Virus record (IMG/VR): IMGVR_UViG_2541047698_000015
Source of the DNA: a virus
Lineage: Duplodnaviria; Heunggongvirae; Uroviricota; Caudoviricetes
DNA length: 42,876 nucleotides
Direction: 5' to 3' (one strand)
Positions 9,822 through 19,041 of this stretch are shown here, one piece after another. Made by a program: the position numbers and the translations under genes. Position 1 is the stretch's first letter. Every line of letters begins with the position of its first letter. Below the pieces are notes generated by a model. That model did not search any database. It was not told where the DNA came from and was given only the letters and a program-made list of their open reading frames with translations.

Positions 9822-10175
9822 TTATCGTCGCCGGTTAACAGCGGGTGGTTGCCCACGGTTGAGCCAGAGATAACAGCTTCCCCCGTCATCCGGAGAAACA
9901 CGATCCACCCAGAACATCTCGCCGTTAATGGTCAGCGTGTCACCACGCCGCACGGCACGCACCGTATCCGTCCGCACAAATAATGACGGGCTGCTTCCTT
10001 CAATACGGACCCCGCCACCGGCAAAACCCAGCGACTCCGGATCGTCAAAAACCCCCTGAACTTCGCCGCCACGTTGTGCTCCGGAGGTGAACTGCGCACG
10101 GATCCCCATCACTTCAACGATCGTACTGTCCACCCCGGCGAGGGCAGCATCAAAGGCATTCTGAAAATCACGCAT
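9822..10175 (-). CDS. FII: head-tail joining protein FII
   Basis: 117 aa ending ...DRVSPDDGGSCYLWLNRGQPPAVNRRR, matches lambda gpFII. Confidence 0.9.
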   Translation of the reverse strand: MRDFQNAFDAALAGVDSTIVEVMGIRAQFTSGAQRGGEVQGVFDDPESLGFAGGGVRIEGSSPSLFVRTDTVRAVRRGDTLTINGEMFWVDRVSPDDGGSCYLWLNRGQPPAVNRRR

Positions 10176-10551
10176 GCTCAGCCGTTCCGTGCTGTATCAT
10201 GGCCGTTGCCAGTGATGATGGCACCAGAACACGCATACCCCGTAACGCCAGCTCAACGGGACGACCTGTCTCCGGGCAATACCCCATTACTTGCAGGCAC
10301 TTCCGTACCCGGACGGCTTTAACATCATCCGGAGCATCCGTGTTGTTCAACTGCTCACCATCGTCTGTGTGATTTTGATCAGCCCCGCTCTCATCAGAGT
10401 GCATAATGCCCTCCGGGGAAACAGCAAGCTCCTCTTCCCACTCAGACACACGTTGAGCAATATCCGCAGCACTCCCCGACATATCCGCCTCGCGCCCCAG
10501 CAGGCCAGCCAGTTGACGAAGACGATTCAGATTTTCTTCTTTTGTTGCCAT
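10168..10551 (-). CDS. FI: DNA packaging / head completion protein FI
   Basis: Start moved to internal MATKEENLNRL (AGGAGG SD 6 nt upstream); acidic middle and ...CLQVMGYCPETGRPVEL resemble lambda gpFI. Confidence 0.8.
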   Translation of the reverse strand: MATKEENLNRLRQLAGLLGREADMSGSAADIAQRVSEWEEELAVSPEGIMHSDESGADQNHTDDGEQLNNTDAPDDVKAVRVRKCLQVMGYCPETGRPVELALRGMRVLVPSSLATAMIQHGTAEHA

Positions 10552-10602
10552 CTCAGCCTCCTGTGAAAAAAGACACGGGGGCATTTCGCCCCCGCTCACG
10601 GA

Positions 10603-11631
10603 TTATTTCACCTGTACCACCACAAACTCATCCGGATCCGGCAGCACCATCAGCGGTGCGGACTGCGTCATGGTGAATTCACGGGCCGGATCGCCCACGG
10701 TCAGCCAGTGTTTCGGGTAACGGGAAGAGGCCACCACACCTTCGGACAACGCCTGCGCATCCTGAATGGCACCATAGCAACGAATGCCCTCTGCTGCCGT
10801 ATTCCCCAGGACCAGTGTGCCCTCCGGCAGATAACGTTTTTCGGTACCGTCTTCTGCCACATAAGACGTTTTCGCCACCACAATGGCCAGATCGCCGTAA
10901 TACCCCTTGAAGGACACCACCGCCCCCAGGTCTTTCACTGCCGTTTCGAGTTGTGAATTTGAGCCGCGACGGGTATCCAGTTTTTCGCGGAACAGCTTAA
11001 AGCCATTCAGCAGACGCCAGACCGTACCGTCCATAATGGCGATATTCACAAGGCCGCTGGCCTGATCGCAGTAGAGGTCAATATCATGCGTCGGATCAAA
11101 CGTATCACGGTCCTGCTCAGACCATTTTTTACCGTCAGCCTGCTCAATGTTATTTCCTTCAGAGCGCCCGAAATCCACCTCGACAGTATCAAACTGATCC
11201 CCTTCCATGGTGTATTTGCCATACAGCACGGCATTCACCGCCTGCATTTCTTCCACCTGGACAATGGCGTGCTCTTCCTGTTTGAGGTTATCGGTAATGA
11301 TACGCAGACGACGGTAGGCCGGGTCGTTCAGCTGAGCCGGATCTTCACCAGGAAGGCGCTCAACCGCCTGCTGGTAATTAAATTCGTGTTTGGGCTTGAC
11401 GTAGCCCGGACGTAACACGCGGGTTTCACCACCGCGATGGCGAAGCACTTTTCCTTCAACGATCGGGGAGACATAGGCCGCCACCGGCGTTTTTCCGGTA
11501 ATTTTGTCCAGCATCACCTCTTCGGTGTGGAAATTCACCGTACGGCGGAAAAACAGCTCCAGAAACAGCGCACGGAATTTAACTTTTTGTTCGGTATAAC
11601 CGAGTAACTGGCGGGTCGTAAACAATCCCAT
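10603..11631 (-). CDS. E: major capsid protein E
   Basis: 342 aa with long stretches matching lambda gpE (e.g. RRLRIITDNLKQEEHAIVQVEEMQAVNAVLYGKYTM). Confidence 0.95.
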   Translation of the reverse strand: MGLFTTRQLLGYTEQKVKFRALFLELFFRRTVNFHTEEVMLDKITGKTPVAAYVSPIVEGKVLRHRGGETRVLRPGYVKPKHEFNYQQAVERLPGEDPAQLNDPAYRRLRIITDNLKQEEHAIVQVEEMQAVNAVLYGKYTMEGDQFDTVEVDFGRSEGNNIEQADGKKWSEQDRDTFDPTHDIDLYCDQASGLVNIAIMDGTVWRLLNGFKLFREKLDTRRGSNSQLETAVKDLGAVVSFKGYYGDLAIVVAKTSYVAEDGTEKRYLPEGTLVLGNTAAEGIRCYGAIQDAQALSEGVVASSRYPKHWLTVGDPAREFTMTQSAPLMVLPDPDEFVVVQVK

Positions 11632-11688
11632 AAATCAGTTCCTTTCATTAAGAAATCAGTCAGGCCAACGCGGTGGCCTGATAACGTG

Positions 11689-12036
11689 TTACGGCAGCGC
11701 CGCGTGACTCAGGGCACTGCCGGTAAAGGCGTTGGCCTTTTTGTGTTCATCCACACTTTCAGGCCAGCGGATTGCCTCCGTCGCAAAGGTCCCCGACTTG
11801 TAATAGGTCAGCACCTCCTCTGTGCCTTCAAGCGGCAGTACCAGTATGCCAACCGCACTACCGGCTTTCTGTCCGTCCCAGACCACCAGTTTCCCGGTGG
11901 CCCCATCCAGCATCAGGGGTGTCAGTGCCGGTGTTGCCGAGGAAATCCCGCTGCTGCCTGTGGCGGTGTGAGCCGGATCATTACCGGCAAAAATACGTAC
12001 TTCCGCACGCTGTTCAGTGATGGTTTTCGTTACCAT
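11689..12036 (-). CDS. D: head decoration protein D
   Basis: 115 aa, ...NDPAHTATGSSGISSATPALTPLMLD...YYKSGTF..., matches lambda gpD. Confidence 0.9.
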   Translation of the reverse strand: MVTKTITEQRAEVRIFAGNDPAHTATGSSGISSATPALTPLMLDGATGKLVVWDGQKAGSAVGILVLPLEGTEEVLTYYKSGTFATEAIRWPESVDEHKKANAFTGSALSHAALP

Positions 12037-12072
12037 ATTGTAAAAACCTCATATTGATGGTCAGCACTGACT

Positions 12073-13578
12073 TCATGGCATGGCCATGAGCATTTTCACG
12101 TCCGCATCACCGTCTGCTGACGTCTGTGACACGCCACCCCGCACCGCTGCCGGTGAATGATTCGCCATGAAATGTTCAAACAGGGCGGTTGTGGATGCAG
12201 AGACCGGTTCTGCCTTACCTGATCCCGCAGCCAGCACAGCCCGGGCGCTCTCCACAGTCATTCCCGGGCAGGCAGCCAGCTGTTCAGCCTGCGCCTCAGC
12301 CCCTTTTGCCTCATCCAGTGCCATGATCTGATCACGGAGTGATGGTCCGGCATTCGCCTGCGGTGAAGCAGCCAGGATCGGGCGGGCTTTTTCCACCGTC
12401 ATCTCCGGCATCGCCGCCAGCGTTGCCGCCAGTTGTTCACGACCGTTCGCTTCTTCACACGCCATAATGCGATCGGCTTCACTCTGTGCGGATGCCACCG
12501 GCTGCTGCGGTGCCGCCGCGGCCAGAATCGCCCGGGCCTGTTCAACGCTCATGCCCTGTTGCCCTGCCAGCATCGTGGCAAGCTGTTCACGTCCTTTCGC
12601 TTCCTGGCATGTCAGGATCCCCATCACTCGCTGGTTCTCCTGCACGGCGGCTTCCGTTGCAGTTAATTGCGGCATAGTGCCTCCTCTGACATTACTGTTC
12701 AGCGCCGTGGCCATCACACTGATGGCATCCGACGCATTGATTAATTCATCCGCCAGCCCGGCCTCAATGCCGGACTGACCTTCAAAAACGGCAGCCTCTG
12801 TTCCCGTGACCGCATCAACAGACAGACCGGTATACATCGCCACTTTTTCGGCAAACATCCGGCGCGCCGCATCAATCCGCTGCTGCATGTCCTGGCGAAC
12901 CTCTGCCGGCAACGCTTCAAACTGATTGCCATCCACCTTGTGCGCTCCTGAGTAAATCAGCGTGATATCCACACCGGCCTGCGCCAGATGACCGGCATAG
13001 CTGACATGGCTCATCATCACGCCAATGGAGCCGATACGGGATGTCTGGGTAACCAGCCGTCGGGAGCAGGCCGACGCCAGCAGCATGGCTGCAGAACAGG
13101 CCGTGTCATTACACAGTGCCCAGACCGGCTTCTGCTGCCGGAGGCGGTAAATCATGTCAGCGCAGTCAAACGCGCCGGCGGCCTGCCCGCCCGGACTGTC
13201 AATGTCCAGCAGTATGCCCCGCACCTGGCTATCTGCCATTGCCTGCTGAAGACAGGCGACAATGCCGTCATAGCCAGTCATTCCGGAAAATGGCCGCATC
13301 CCCCCCAGCCGGTGCACCAGCGTGCCGGTCACCGGCAGTACCGCAATACCGTTCACCACCCGGTAAACACGGGCCGGTCGTTTACCTCCGGCCATGTACT
13401 CGTCCGTTTCAGCCAGCATCCCGGGAGCATCAAGCTGTACCTGCTGTTGCGGTACCGAAAGACTTGCTGCCCCCATCTCGCGCCCGAGCGCGCAAAAGAA
13501 AACCCGCGCATAGGCGGGCTCCAGAAGCAGCGGTTCATTGAATGCTGCGGCAATAATGTGTGAAAGATTACGTCTCAC
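12073..13578 (-). CDS. C: capsid maturation protease C (S49/ClpP-like) with C-terminal scaffold-like repeats
   Basis: 501 aa; N-terminus MRRNLSHIIAAAFNEPLLLEPAYARVFFCA matches lambda gpC; ~60 aa longer than lambda C (439 aa as I recall) because of extra C-terminal repeats. Confidence 0.9.
   Translation of the reverse strand: MRRNLSHIIAAAFNEPLLLEPAYARVFFCALGREMGAASLSVPQQQVQLDAPGMLAETDEYMAGGKRPARVYRVVNGIAVLPVTGTLVHRLGGMRPFSGMTGYDGIVACLQQAMADSQVRGILLDIDSPGGQAAGAFDCADMIYRLRQQKPVWALCNDTACSAAMLLASACSRRLVTQTSRIGSIGVMMSHVSYAGHLAQAGVDITLIYSGAHKVDGNQFEALPAEVRQDMQQRIDAARRMFAEKVAMYTGLSVDAVTGTEAAVFEGQSGIEAGLADELINASDAISVMATALNSNVRGGTMPQLTATEAAVQENQRVMGILTCQEAKGREQLATMLAGQQGMSVEQARAILAAAAPQQPVASAQSEADRIMACEEANGREQLAATLAAMPEMTVEKARPILAASPQANAGPSLRDQIMALDEAKGAEAQAEQLAACPGMTVESARAVLAAGSGKAEPVSASTTALFEHFMANHSPAAVRGGVSQTSADGDADVKMLMAMP
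12223..12627 (-). repeat. three tandem ~105-150 bp in-frame repeats in the 3' part of C, each encoding an I-M-x-x-E-A-x-G ... A-R-x-I-L-A-A module
   Basis: Repeated peptide modules VMGILTCQEAKGREQLATMLAGQQGMSVEQARAILAAA / IMACEEANGREQLAATLAAMPEMTVEKARPILAAS / IMALDEAKGAEAQAEQLAACPGMTVESARAVLAAG in the translation; DNA repeats visible. Confidence 0.6.
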
Positions 13579-15160
13579 GTGGTGTTGTCTCCTCTTCCGG
13601 CCTGCGACTCTCCGCTATCTGCTGCTGATACGCCTGCGCTATCCACACCGGACGTGAGAGTCCGGCTTTTTCCCGCTCTGCAGATTCCCTGACCTGCTGG
13701 CGGAAAATGTCCTGATAATCCTCGCCCATCAGCGCCAGCTCTTTCTCATACGTGCTCAGTCCGGCCTCAATGCGCATCACTGATTCCTGAACCTCCTTGA
13801 GCCCGTCAATGGCCATTCTTCCGGCTCCAATCCACTCAGCCCGTGACCAGGCTGATCGCGCCTGATAAAAATCAAAACGCGCCCGTGGCGGACGAATAAT
13901 CCCCCGAAGAAGTGCCTCTTCCAGCCAGCAGGAAAACATCTGCGTGGCCAGCCGGGACGCAATAAATTTTCGCCGCCCCATAAAATAGCGCCACGACTCA
14001 TTGGCGGATGCGCGGGCACTTGAATAACTGACCTTCGAGTAATCACGGGACAACTGTTCGTAGGAAACGCCAAGACCGGCGGCGATATACCGCAGCAGCG
14101 CCTGTTCAAGCGCCGAAAATCCATTGTCTGAATCCTGCGCGGTCTGAAGTTTCAGATCATCACCGGGGAAAAGGTGCGGAATTTTGACACCGCCCAGCGT
14201 CACGCTATTCGTGTCATACCAGGTGGAGAACTTCTCCAGAATATTAATAAGCGGATTATCCTTCTGCCCCTGCGGCGCACCGGCGATATATTCAAAGGCC
14301 TTTTCGGTATCAAGTTCACTTTCAATCGTCGCTGCATACATCGCCTTCACTATGGCCGACTGAAGCTGTGTTGCCTGCAGGGAATCGAGCATCTTCAGCC
14401 GTTCCATTACGCTGTAAAACTGATTGGCCCCACGGGTCTGCCCGTCCTCCACCGGCTCGAAAATATGCAGCATGGCCGGACGCCCGGTGGGAAGTTCACG
14501 CGGGATCCGTTCCCATCGTCCACTCCCGGAGCGAGGAAAATCATCCTCACAGATATGGTACGCAACGGCACGACCATATCGATCGACCTCCACACCGGCC
14601 CGCAGAAAACGGTTCCCCATACCGTGTCCTGGCGTGTCCACCCGTTTCGGACTCACGGCTTTAAAACGCGTACGAAACAGTTGCGTGCTCTCCGTATCCC
14701 AGACCGGCTGCACAAAGATTTCGCCGTTAAACGCATGAACGCCCACACCTTCACGGATAAATTCCGTAAACGTGCGTTTCCCTTCCACGTCGATCTCACC
14801 AAACATCCCTTCTGCGTATTCTGACCAGGCCGCCTCCACCTCATCGACAAAACTTTTTGCCGCGGTCTCCCGCATCCCCAGCCAGCGCCAGTTCGGACGG
14901 TAGCTAATCAGAAACATATGCCCGACAATGTGATCCTTATGCAGGGCCACCGCATTGGCCGCTATTCCGTTATTGCGCACCAGATCATCTGCACGGGCAT
15001 TCCCCAGACGCAACGCGGGCAGCAGGGCCGCATCGGCACTCTGCGAGGGTGGCAACCACTCTGCCATTTGCCCGCCAAATCCTGCACCGCCACCGTTGTA
15101 GCTGAGGCTCTCCCGAAGCGGAACGCCGTTCACATCAATCAGGACAGGCGTTCGTTTCAT
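13568..15160 (-). CDS. B: portal protein B
   Basis: 530 aa with extensive match to lambda gpB (e.g. GANQFYSVMERLKMLDSLQATQLQSAIVKAMYAATIESELDT). Confidence 0.95.
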   Translation of the reverse strand: MKRTPVLIDVNGVPLRESLSYNGGGAGFGGQMAEWLPPSQSADAALLPALRLGNARADDLVRNNGIAANAVALHKDHIVGHMFLISYRPNWRWLGMRETAAKSFVDEVEAAWSEYAEGMFGEIDVEGKRTFTEFIREGVGVHAFNGEIFVQPVWDTESTQLFRTRFKAVSPKRVDTPGHGMGNRFLRAGVEVDRYGRAVAYHICEDDFPRSGSGRWERIPRELPTGRPAMLHIFEPVEDGQTRGANQFYSVMERLKMLDSLQATQLQSAIVKAMYAATIESELDTEKAFEYIAGAPQGQKDNPLINILEKFSTWYDTNSVTLGGVKIPHLFPGDDLKLQTAQDSDNGFSALEQALLRYIAAGLGVSYEQLSRDYSKVSYSSARASANESWRYFMGRRKFIASRLATQMFSCWLEEALLRGIIRPPRARFDFYQARSAWSRAEWIGAGRMAIDGLKEVQESVMRIEAGLSTYEKELALMGEDYQDIFRQQVRESAEREKAGLSRPVWIAQAYQQQIAESRRPEEETTPRET

Positions 15161-15363
15161 AACCTCACTCCCAGCGGACGACGGCGACGGCGGGTTGTCC
15201 CCAGTACCGACTCCGCATCATTGATCGCCCGGTTAAGCTCATCCAGAGAAGCTGCCGTATATTCAATTCTGCGACCATCTTTCTGGACAGACACCACCCG
15301 TTTACCGGTTAATAAATCAAGGCGCGCCTGACGCAGCGCCTGCAGTTCAGCGACTGTAACCAT
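15157..15363 (-). CDS. W: head-tail joining protein W
   Basis: 68 aa, ...LLTGKRVVSVQKDGRRIEYTAASL..., matches lambda gpW. Confidence 0.9.
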   Translation of the reverse strand: MVTVAELQALRQARLDLLTGKRVVSVQKDGRRIEYTAASLDELNRAINDAESVLGTTRRRRRPLGVRL

Positions 15364-17275
15364 TCACTCCTCCGGACAGCTTCGCTGCCAGTTCTTTAAG
15401 GGTTGGCCGGGTCGTCTCTTCTTCCCGGGATTTTGCCAGTACAGCCAGATCAAGCTGCCAGCGTTGCACGGACACACGTAATGCCGCGTAGGCATACACC
15501 AGGCAGTCCAGCGCTTCGTTACGCCGCTTTTTGTTATCCCACAGCAGACGCATCTTTCCTTTTTCCCACTTCTCCACAAGCTCTTCCGCCACCAGTTGCT
15601 GCGCCTCTGTCTGCGAAAAAATCTCCGGATCATCAGGAAAACGGATGGCATACGACGTGGCTTCATCCGCAGGCGTGGGATCGGCTTTCATACGGGCATA
15701 GAGAATTTCTTTTGCGGTGTCCGTCCCCACTTCACACAGATAAACGCCCCGCTGATTGCGGGTTTTTGGCATGGTGATCACCGGCTTGCCATAAACAGAT
15801 GCACCTTTTACCGGCAGCACCCGGAAAACACCGTGTTTTTTTGACCTCTGATAGACAATTTCGCCATCGATCCCCCCGGTGTCCCAGCAGACACGGGAAA
15901 TGGTCATTTCGGTGCCATCTGCATGGCAGTATTTTTTGTTGATCGCCGCATCCACACGTAACAGCGTCTCTTCCTCATCAGGACGCCCCATAATGATGAT
16001 TTTATCCACCAGAAAAGCTTCCTCTCCCGGTGCCCATCCCCAGACATACATCTCAAAACGGTTTCGCTGCGAGTCAATGCCCGCCGTCAGATAAACCACC
16101 CGGGCAGGCACCGCCGCCGTGTAATGCACGACCTTATCCATCAGTACCTGGTGATCGAGTTTTTCGCCCACGGCCTCTTCCCAGGTCTCGCCCAGCGTGG
16201 TGTTCACAAAGGTTTTCAGGCCGTTGGGATCTTTCAGTGCATCCAGCCAGTCATAGACAATCTGTACCCAGGTGGTGAACGGACTGTACGCTGTCCAGAT
16301 ATGGAACGTGATGGAGCGCGGCGGCGGAATTTCATTATCCGCGGCGCTGAAAAACGTCAGACCGTCACGGGTCCACATCCCCGTGTTTTCACAGATCCAC
16401 CGCCCGTTGCTCTGGTCAAGCTCAGACTGATGGATCACGCAGCCATGATGTTCACAGAGGTAGAAAACGCTTTCGGGGCTGTCCTTCTCCCATTTAAGGC
16501 CAAAAGGCGTGGATTCATCGCCAAATTTCAGATACTGCTCCTCCCCACAGTGTGGGCAGGGCACATAAAAACGCATGAAATGCGCCGACTCGTTGGCCGC
16601 TTTTTCGATCTGGCAGGTGCCTTTGATTTTAGGCGTCGAGCCGCGAATGGATTTGGGCCATACAGAGCCCTCAATACGTTTATCCCCAAGCAGGGTTGGC
16701 GAACCCTCTTTTTCGACATCCGGTTCGAACGAGGAAAGTTCGTCATAGCAGACCACGTCCACGGATTTTTCACGGTAGTTTTTGGCGGCAGCGCCGCCCA
16801 GGCACCAGAAGCCCACACCCGATGAAAAGCGTTTCAGCGTGAGAGTATTGTCACGATGTTTACGCCCCAGCCATGGAGAAAGGTCTTTCAGACATGGCAC
16901 ATCCCGAATCGTCGCCTCCACGTGAGACTTCATAAAATCTTCAGCGGCAGAATCCGTGGGCTGAAAAAGCAGACTGTTTCGGGATTTATGCTCAATAAAA
17001 TACCCGACGACTCCCAGCAACATCTTTGTATAGCCAACACGGGCAGATTTAATCAGATTAACAGTCCGGATCTGATCATTCCCCATGCTGTTCATGATGG
17101 CGATCTGGAACGGCAGCGTTTTCCATTCTCCCTCACCATATGAAGATTCTTTAGGCAGATAATAATTTTGATCAGCCCATTCAACTGGCGTCACCGGCAA
17201 TGCCCTTATCAGGGGCTGTAATGCTGTTGTGACAGCACTCATCATATTATTCAGTTGTTGCTCTGATATATTCAT
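15347..17275 (-). CDS. A: terminase large subunit A
   Basis: Start moved to internal MNISEQQLNN; very strong match to lambda gpA throughout (e.g. KSARVGYTKMLLGVVGYFIEHK, CPHCGEEQYLKFGD). Confidence 0.95.
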   Translation of the reverse strand: MNISEQQLNNMMSAVTTALQPLIRALPVTPVEWADQNYYLPKESSYGEGEWKTLPFQIAIMNSMGNDQIRTVNLIKSARVGYTKMLLGVVGYFIEHKSRNSLLFQPTDSAAEDFMKSHVEATIRDVPCLKDLSPWLGRKHRDNTLTLKRFSSGVGFWCLGGAAAKNYREKSVDVVCYDELSSFEPDVEKEGSPTLLGDKRIEGSVWPKSIRGSTPKIKGTCQIEKAANESAHFMRFYVPCPHCGEEQYLKFGDESTPFGLKWEKDSPESVFYLCEHHGCVIHQSELDQSNGRWICENTGMWTRDGLTFFSAADNEIPPPRSITFHIWTAYSPFTTWVQIVYDWLDALKDPNGLKTFVNTTLGETWEEAVGEKLDHQVLMDKVVHYTAAVPARVVYLTAGIDSQRNRFEMYVWGWAPGEEAFLVDKIIIMGRPDEEETLLRVDAAINKKYCHADGTEMTISRVCWDTGGIDGEIVYQRSKKHGVFRVLPVKGASVYGKPVITMPKTRNQRGVYLCEVGTDTAKEILYARMKADPTPADEATSYAIRFPDDPEIFSQTEAQQLVAEELVEKWEKGKMRLLWDNKKRRNEALDCLVYAYAALRVSVQRWQLDLAVLAKSREEETTRPTLKELAAKLSGGVNGYSR

Positions 17276-17756
17276 CGAGTAAATCCGGTAATTTATCCCC
17301 CGCCCGCGCACACTGATTTGCCCCCTTCGCAATAAGGGTTTTCAGATGGTCAAGATGGCGCGGTGTTAAATCAGGAAACTGTCGCTGCATGGATAAAGGG
17401 ATGGAATCAAGCGTACTGGATAACGCCATTGCCAGCTTGCTGAGAGCAAAAATACAGAACCCGGTATCAATAAGTTTTCCTTTTGACACCTCATTTTTTA
17501 ACTGCTGTGTAACAGCCTGTTCTGCTGTCAGTTCCCATCTGGCAATAAGCAATTTCTCCTCATAGTCGTCTTCGCTATCGCCATCAGGCACATCGTTTTT
17601 ACTTCTTCTCAGATACGATATGTAAAAATCGCGCCAGGCATCCAGATCCAGTTGCCCTCGCTTATTCGATATCGGGGCACCCGGCAATTTCTGCAATCTG
17701 CGAAGCTGGCGATCGGTCAGACTTAAATGCCTGGCAACTTCAGTCTGCGTAGCCAC
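17247..17756 (-). CDS. nu1: terminase small subunit Nu1 (GTG start)
   Basis: 169 aa; C-terminal half TGFCIFALSKLAMALSSTLDSIPLSMQRQFPDLTPRHLDHLK... matches lambda Nu1; N-terminal HTH-like region. Confidence 0.9.
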   Translation of the reverse strand: MATQTEVARHLSLTDRQLRRLQKLPGAPISNKRGQLDLDAWRDFYISYLRRSKNDVPDGDSEDDYEEKLLIARWELTAEQAVTQQLKNEVSKGKLIDTGFCIFALSKLAMALSSTLDSIPLSMQRQFPDLTPRHLDHLKTLIAKGANQCARAGDKLPDLLDEYIRATTE

Positions 17757-17939
17757 TCCTCACCTCGCAAAAACTCTCACTTCACAATCACAACAAAACC
17801 GGTCATGTCCGGCTTACATGTCTATTTTTTGTGCATGTCCGGTTCACAGAAGACCTCTTTTTTTATTTTTCATATAGTTAACTTGAAGAGAAACCGGACA
17901 TGGTTCCCGGAAAATTTTCATAAATAGCGAAAACCCGCG

Positions 17940-17951
17940 AGGTCGCCGCCC
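17940..17951 (-). other. cos: cosN, 12-nt cohesive-end sequence GGGCGGCGACCT
   Basis: Plus strand aggtcgccgccc is the reverse complement of the lambda cohesive end; flanks resemble lambda cos, ~185 nt upstream of Nu1. Confidence 0.75.
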
Positions 17952-18099
17952 CGTAACCTGTTGGATCGACGGAAAGGACCCGAAAACGAGAATGATTATC
18001 ACTTACAGCAAGAATCGAATCTGATCTATTATGGTGCTTGCTATTATGTGCCGGCACAAGTGCGTCGTTTACCGTCATTTCACACAGAGGCATCATCAA

Positions 18100-18351
18100 A
18101 TGAAAATCAGAAATATTCTCGCTATCTCCCTTGCAACATCATCCTTCAGTTGCCTGGCATTTAAATCCTCGCCCAATGTGCTACCAGGACCAACGAATCA
18201 ACTAACTGCGGTAGAAAGTAAAATTATCGGACATTTTTATGCCCCACACAGTGCATTACCCGGAACAACCATCACAGGGACATGTGACGCCTCCCCCGTC
18301 CCGGGATGCACCTGTCCGTTTTGTACTATGCTGCGTAGCCAAAACCGATAA
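18100..18351 (+). CDS. small secreted protein: Sec-type signal peptide (MKIRNILAISLATSSFSCLA) plus ~63-aa mature part with a C-terminal 4-Cys cluster
   Basis: Internal ATG of track ORF 18031..18351; AT-rich island on the strand opposite all flanking genes; no family recognised. Confidence 0.4.
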   Translation: MKIRNILAISLATSSFSCLAFKSSPNVLPGPTNQLTAVESKIIGHFYAPHSALPGTTITGTCDASPVPGCTCPFCTMLRSQNR

Positions 18352-18412
18352 CATCCGCATTTACCTGGTATTACATGATGAGTTCACGCAGCGACTGATA
18401 GAGGAAGGAAAG

Positions 18413-18592
18413 ATGGTTAGTAAAAGCAAGGCGCATTGCCGCCGCATGCTGCAGGCATTGCAACAGACGAGAGCAGGTATTTTTGACCAGTTGGAAAACT
18501 GCCAGCATACTTTGCCCGAGTATATCGCCATCTCATCGGAAACCAGTGCAACTCTTATTCATCGGGTTCCACCAGAGAAAAAGAAGAAATGA
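18413..18592 (+). CDS. small hypothetical protein (59 aa, basic C-terminus KKKK)
   Basis: Internal ATG of track ORF 18239..18592 with strong SD (AGGAAGGAAAG); 60 nt downstream of the secreted-peptide ORF; hairpin follows. Confidence 0.35.
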   Translation: MVSKSKAHCRRMLQALQQTRAGIFDQLENCQHTLPEYIAISSETSATLIHRVPPEKKKK

Positions 18593-18602
18593 ACAGTGAG
18601 GC

Positions 18603-18632
18603 GTTGTGTGGCATACAACGCCTTCTTCCATC
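18603..18632. terminator. hairpin ggcgttgt-gtggcata-acaacgcc between convergent gene sets
   Basis: 8-bp perfect inverted repeat followed by ttcttcc on plus. Confidence 0.35.
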
Positions 18633-18714
18633 ATTCCTCGTCAGCCATGACAAAAATATAACCGCTGGCTCTTTCATTTTTCTCCTGCGTCCAGCCCCTC
18701 TCTACCTGGAAGCA

Positions 18715-19041
18715 TCAGGGACGTGACGGCGTAAAGATAAATTGTCTCTTCACTCCCTGACAGGGGCGATTCTTTTCAAATCGCCATTTCGCCATGGCCT
18801 TCACCACTTCATCACGAAACAAATTATGAGGCTCTGAGCGGAGAAAAACGATCCGTGTCACAGTCCCATCAGCACCAATATCGAACTTAACCTCAACCAG
18901 CCCCTTGATATAATTTGCTGCAGCATATTCCGGATATCGTGGATACACCGTCACTAATTGCCGGGGCTCATCAGCTTTTTGCTGCGAGCATCCCACTGCC
19001 AGGACAGATAACAGAAAAAGTAGTAAAAGGCGTCTTTTCAT
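18715..19041 (-). CDS. lipoprotein with TonB C-terminal-like domain (moron in the bor position)
   Basis: Start moved to MKRRLLLLFLLSVLAVGCSQQ (lipobox LAVGC); body YPRYPEYAAANYIKGLVEVKFDIGADGTVTRIVFLRSEPHNLFRDEVVKAMAKWRF fits the TonB_C pattern. Confidence 0.6.
   Translation of the reverse strand: MKRRLLLLFLLSVLAVGCSQQKADEPRQLVTVYPRYPEYAAANYIKGLVEVKFDIGADGTVTRIVFLRSEPHNLFRDEVVKAMAKWRFEKNRPCQGVKRQFIFTPSRP

Noticed and set aside
8952-17143. Plus-strand ORFs antisense to the head and terminase genes (e.g. 8952..9470, 11086..11415, 12988..13563, 14174..14824, 16124..16825) and minor overlapping minus ORFs (13777..14124, 15364..15666, 16528..16818)
   Set aside because: Nested in or antisense to strongly supported capsid, portal and terminase genes; no independent signals.
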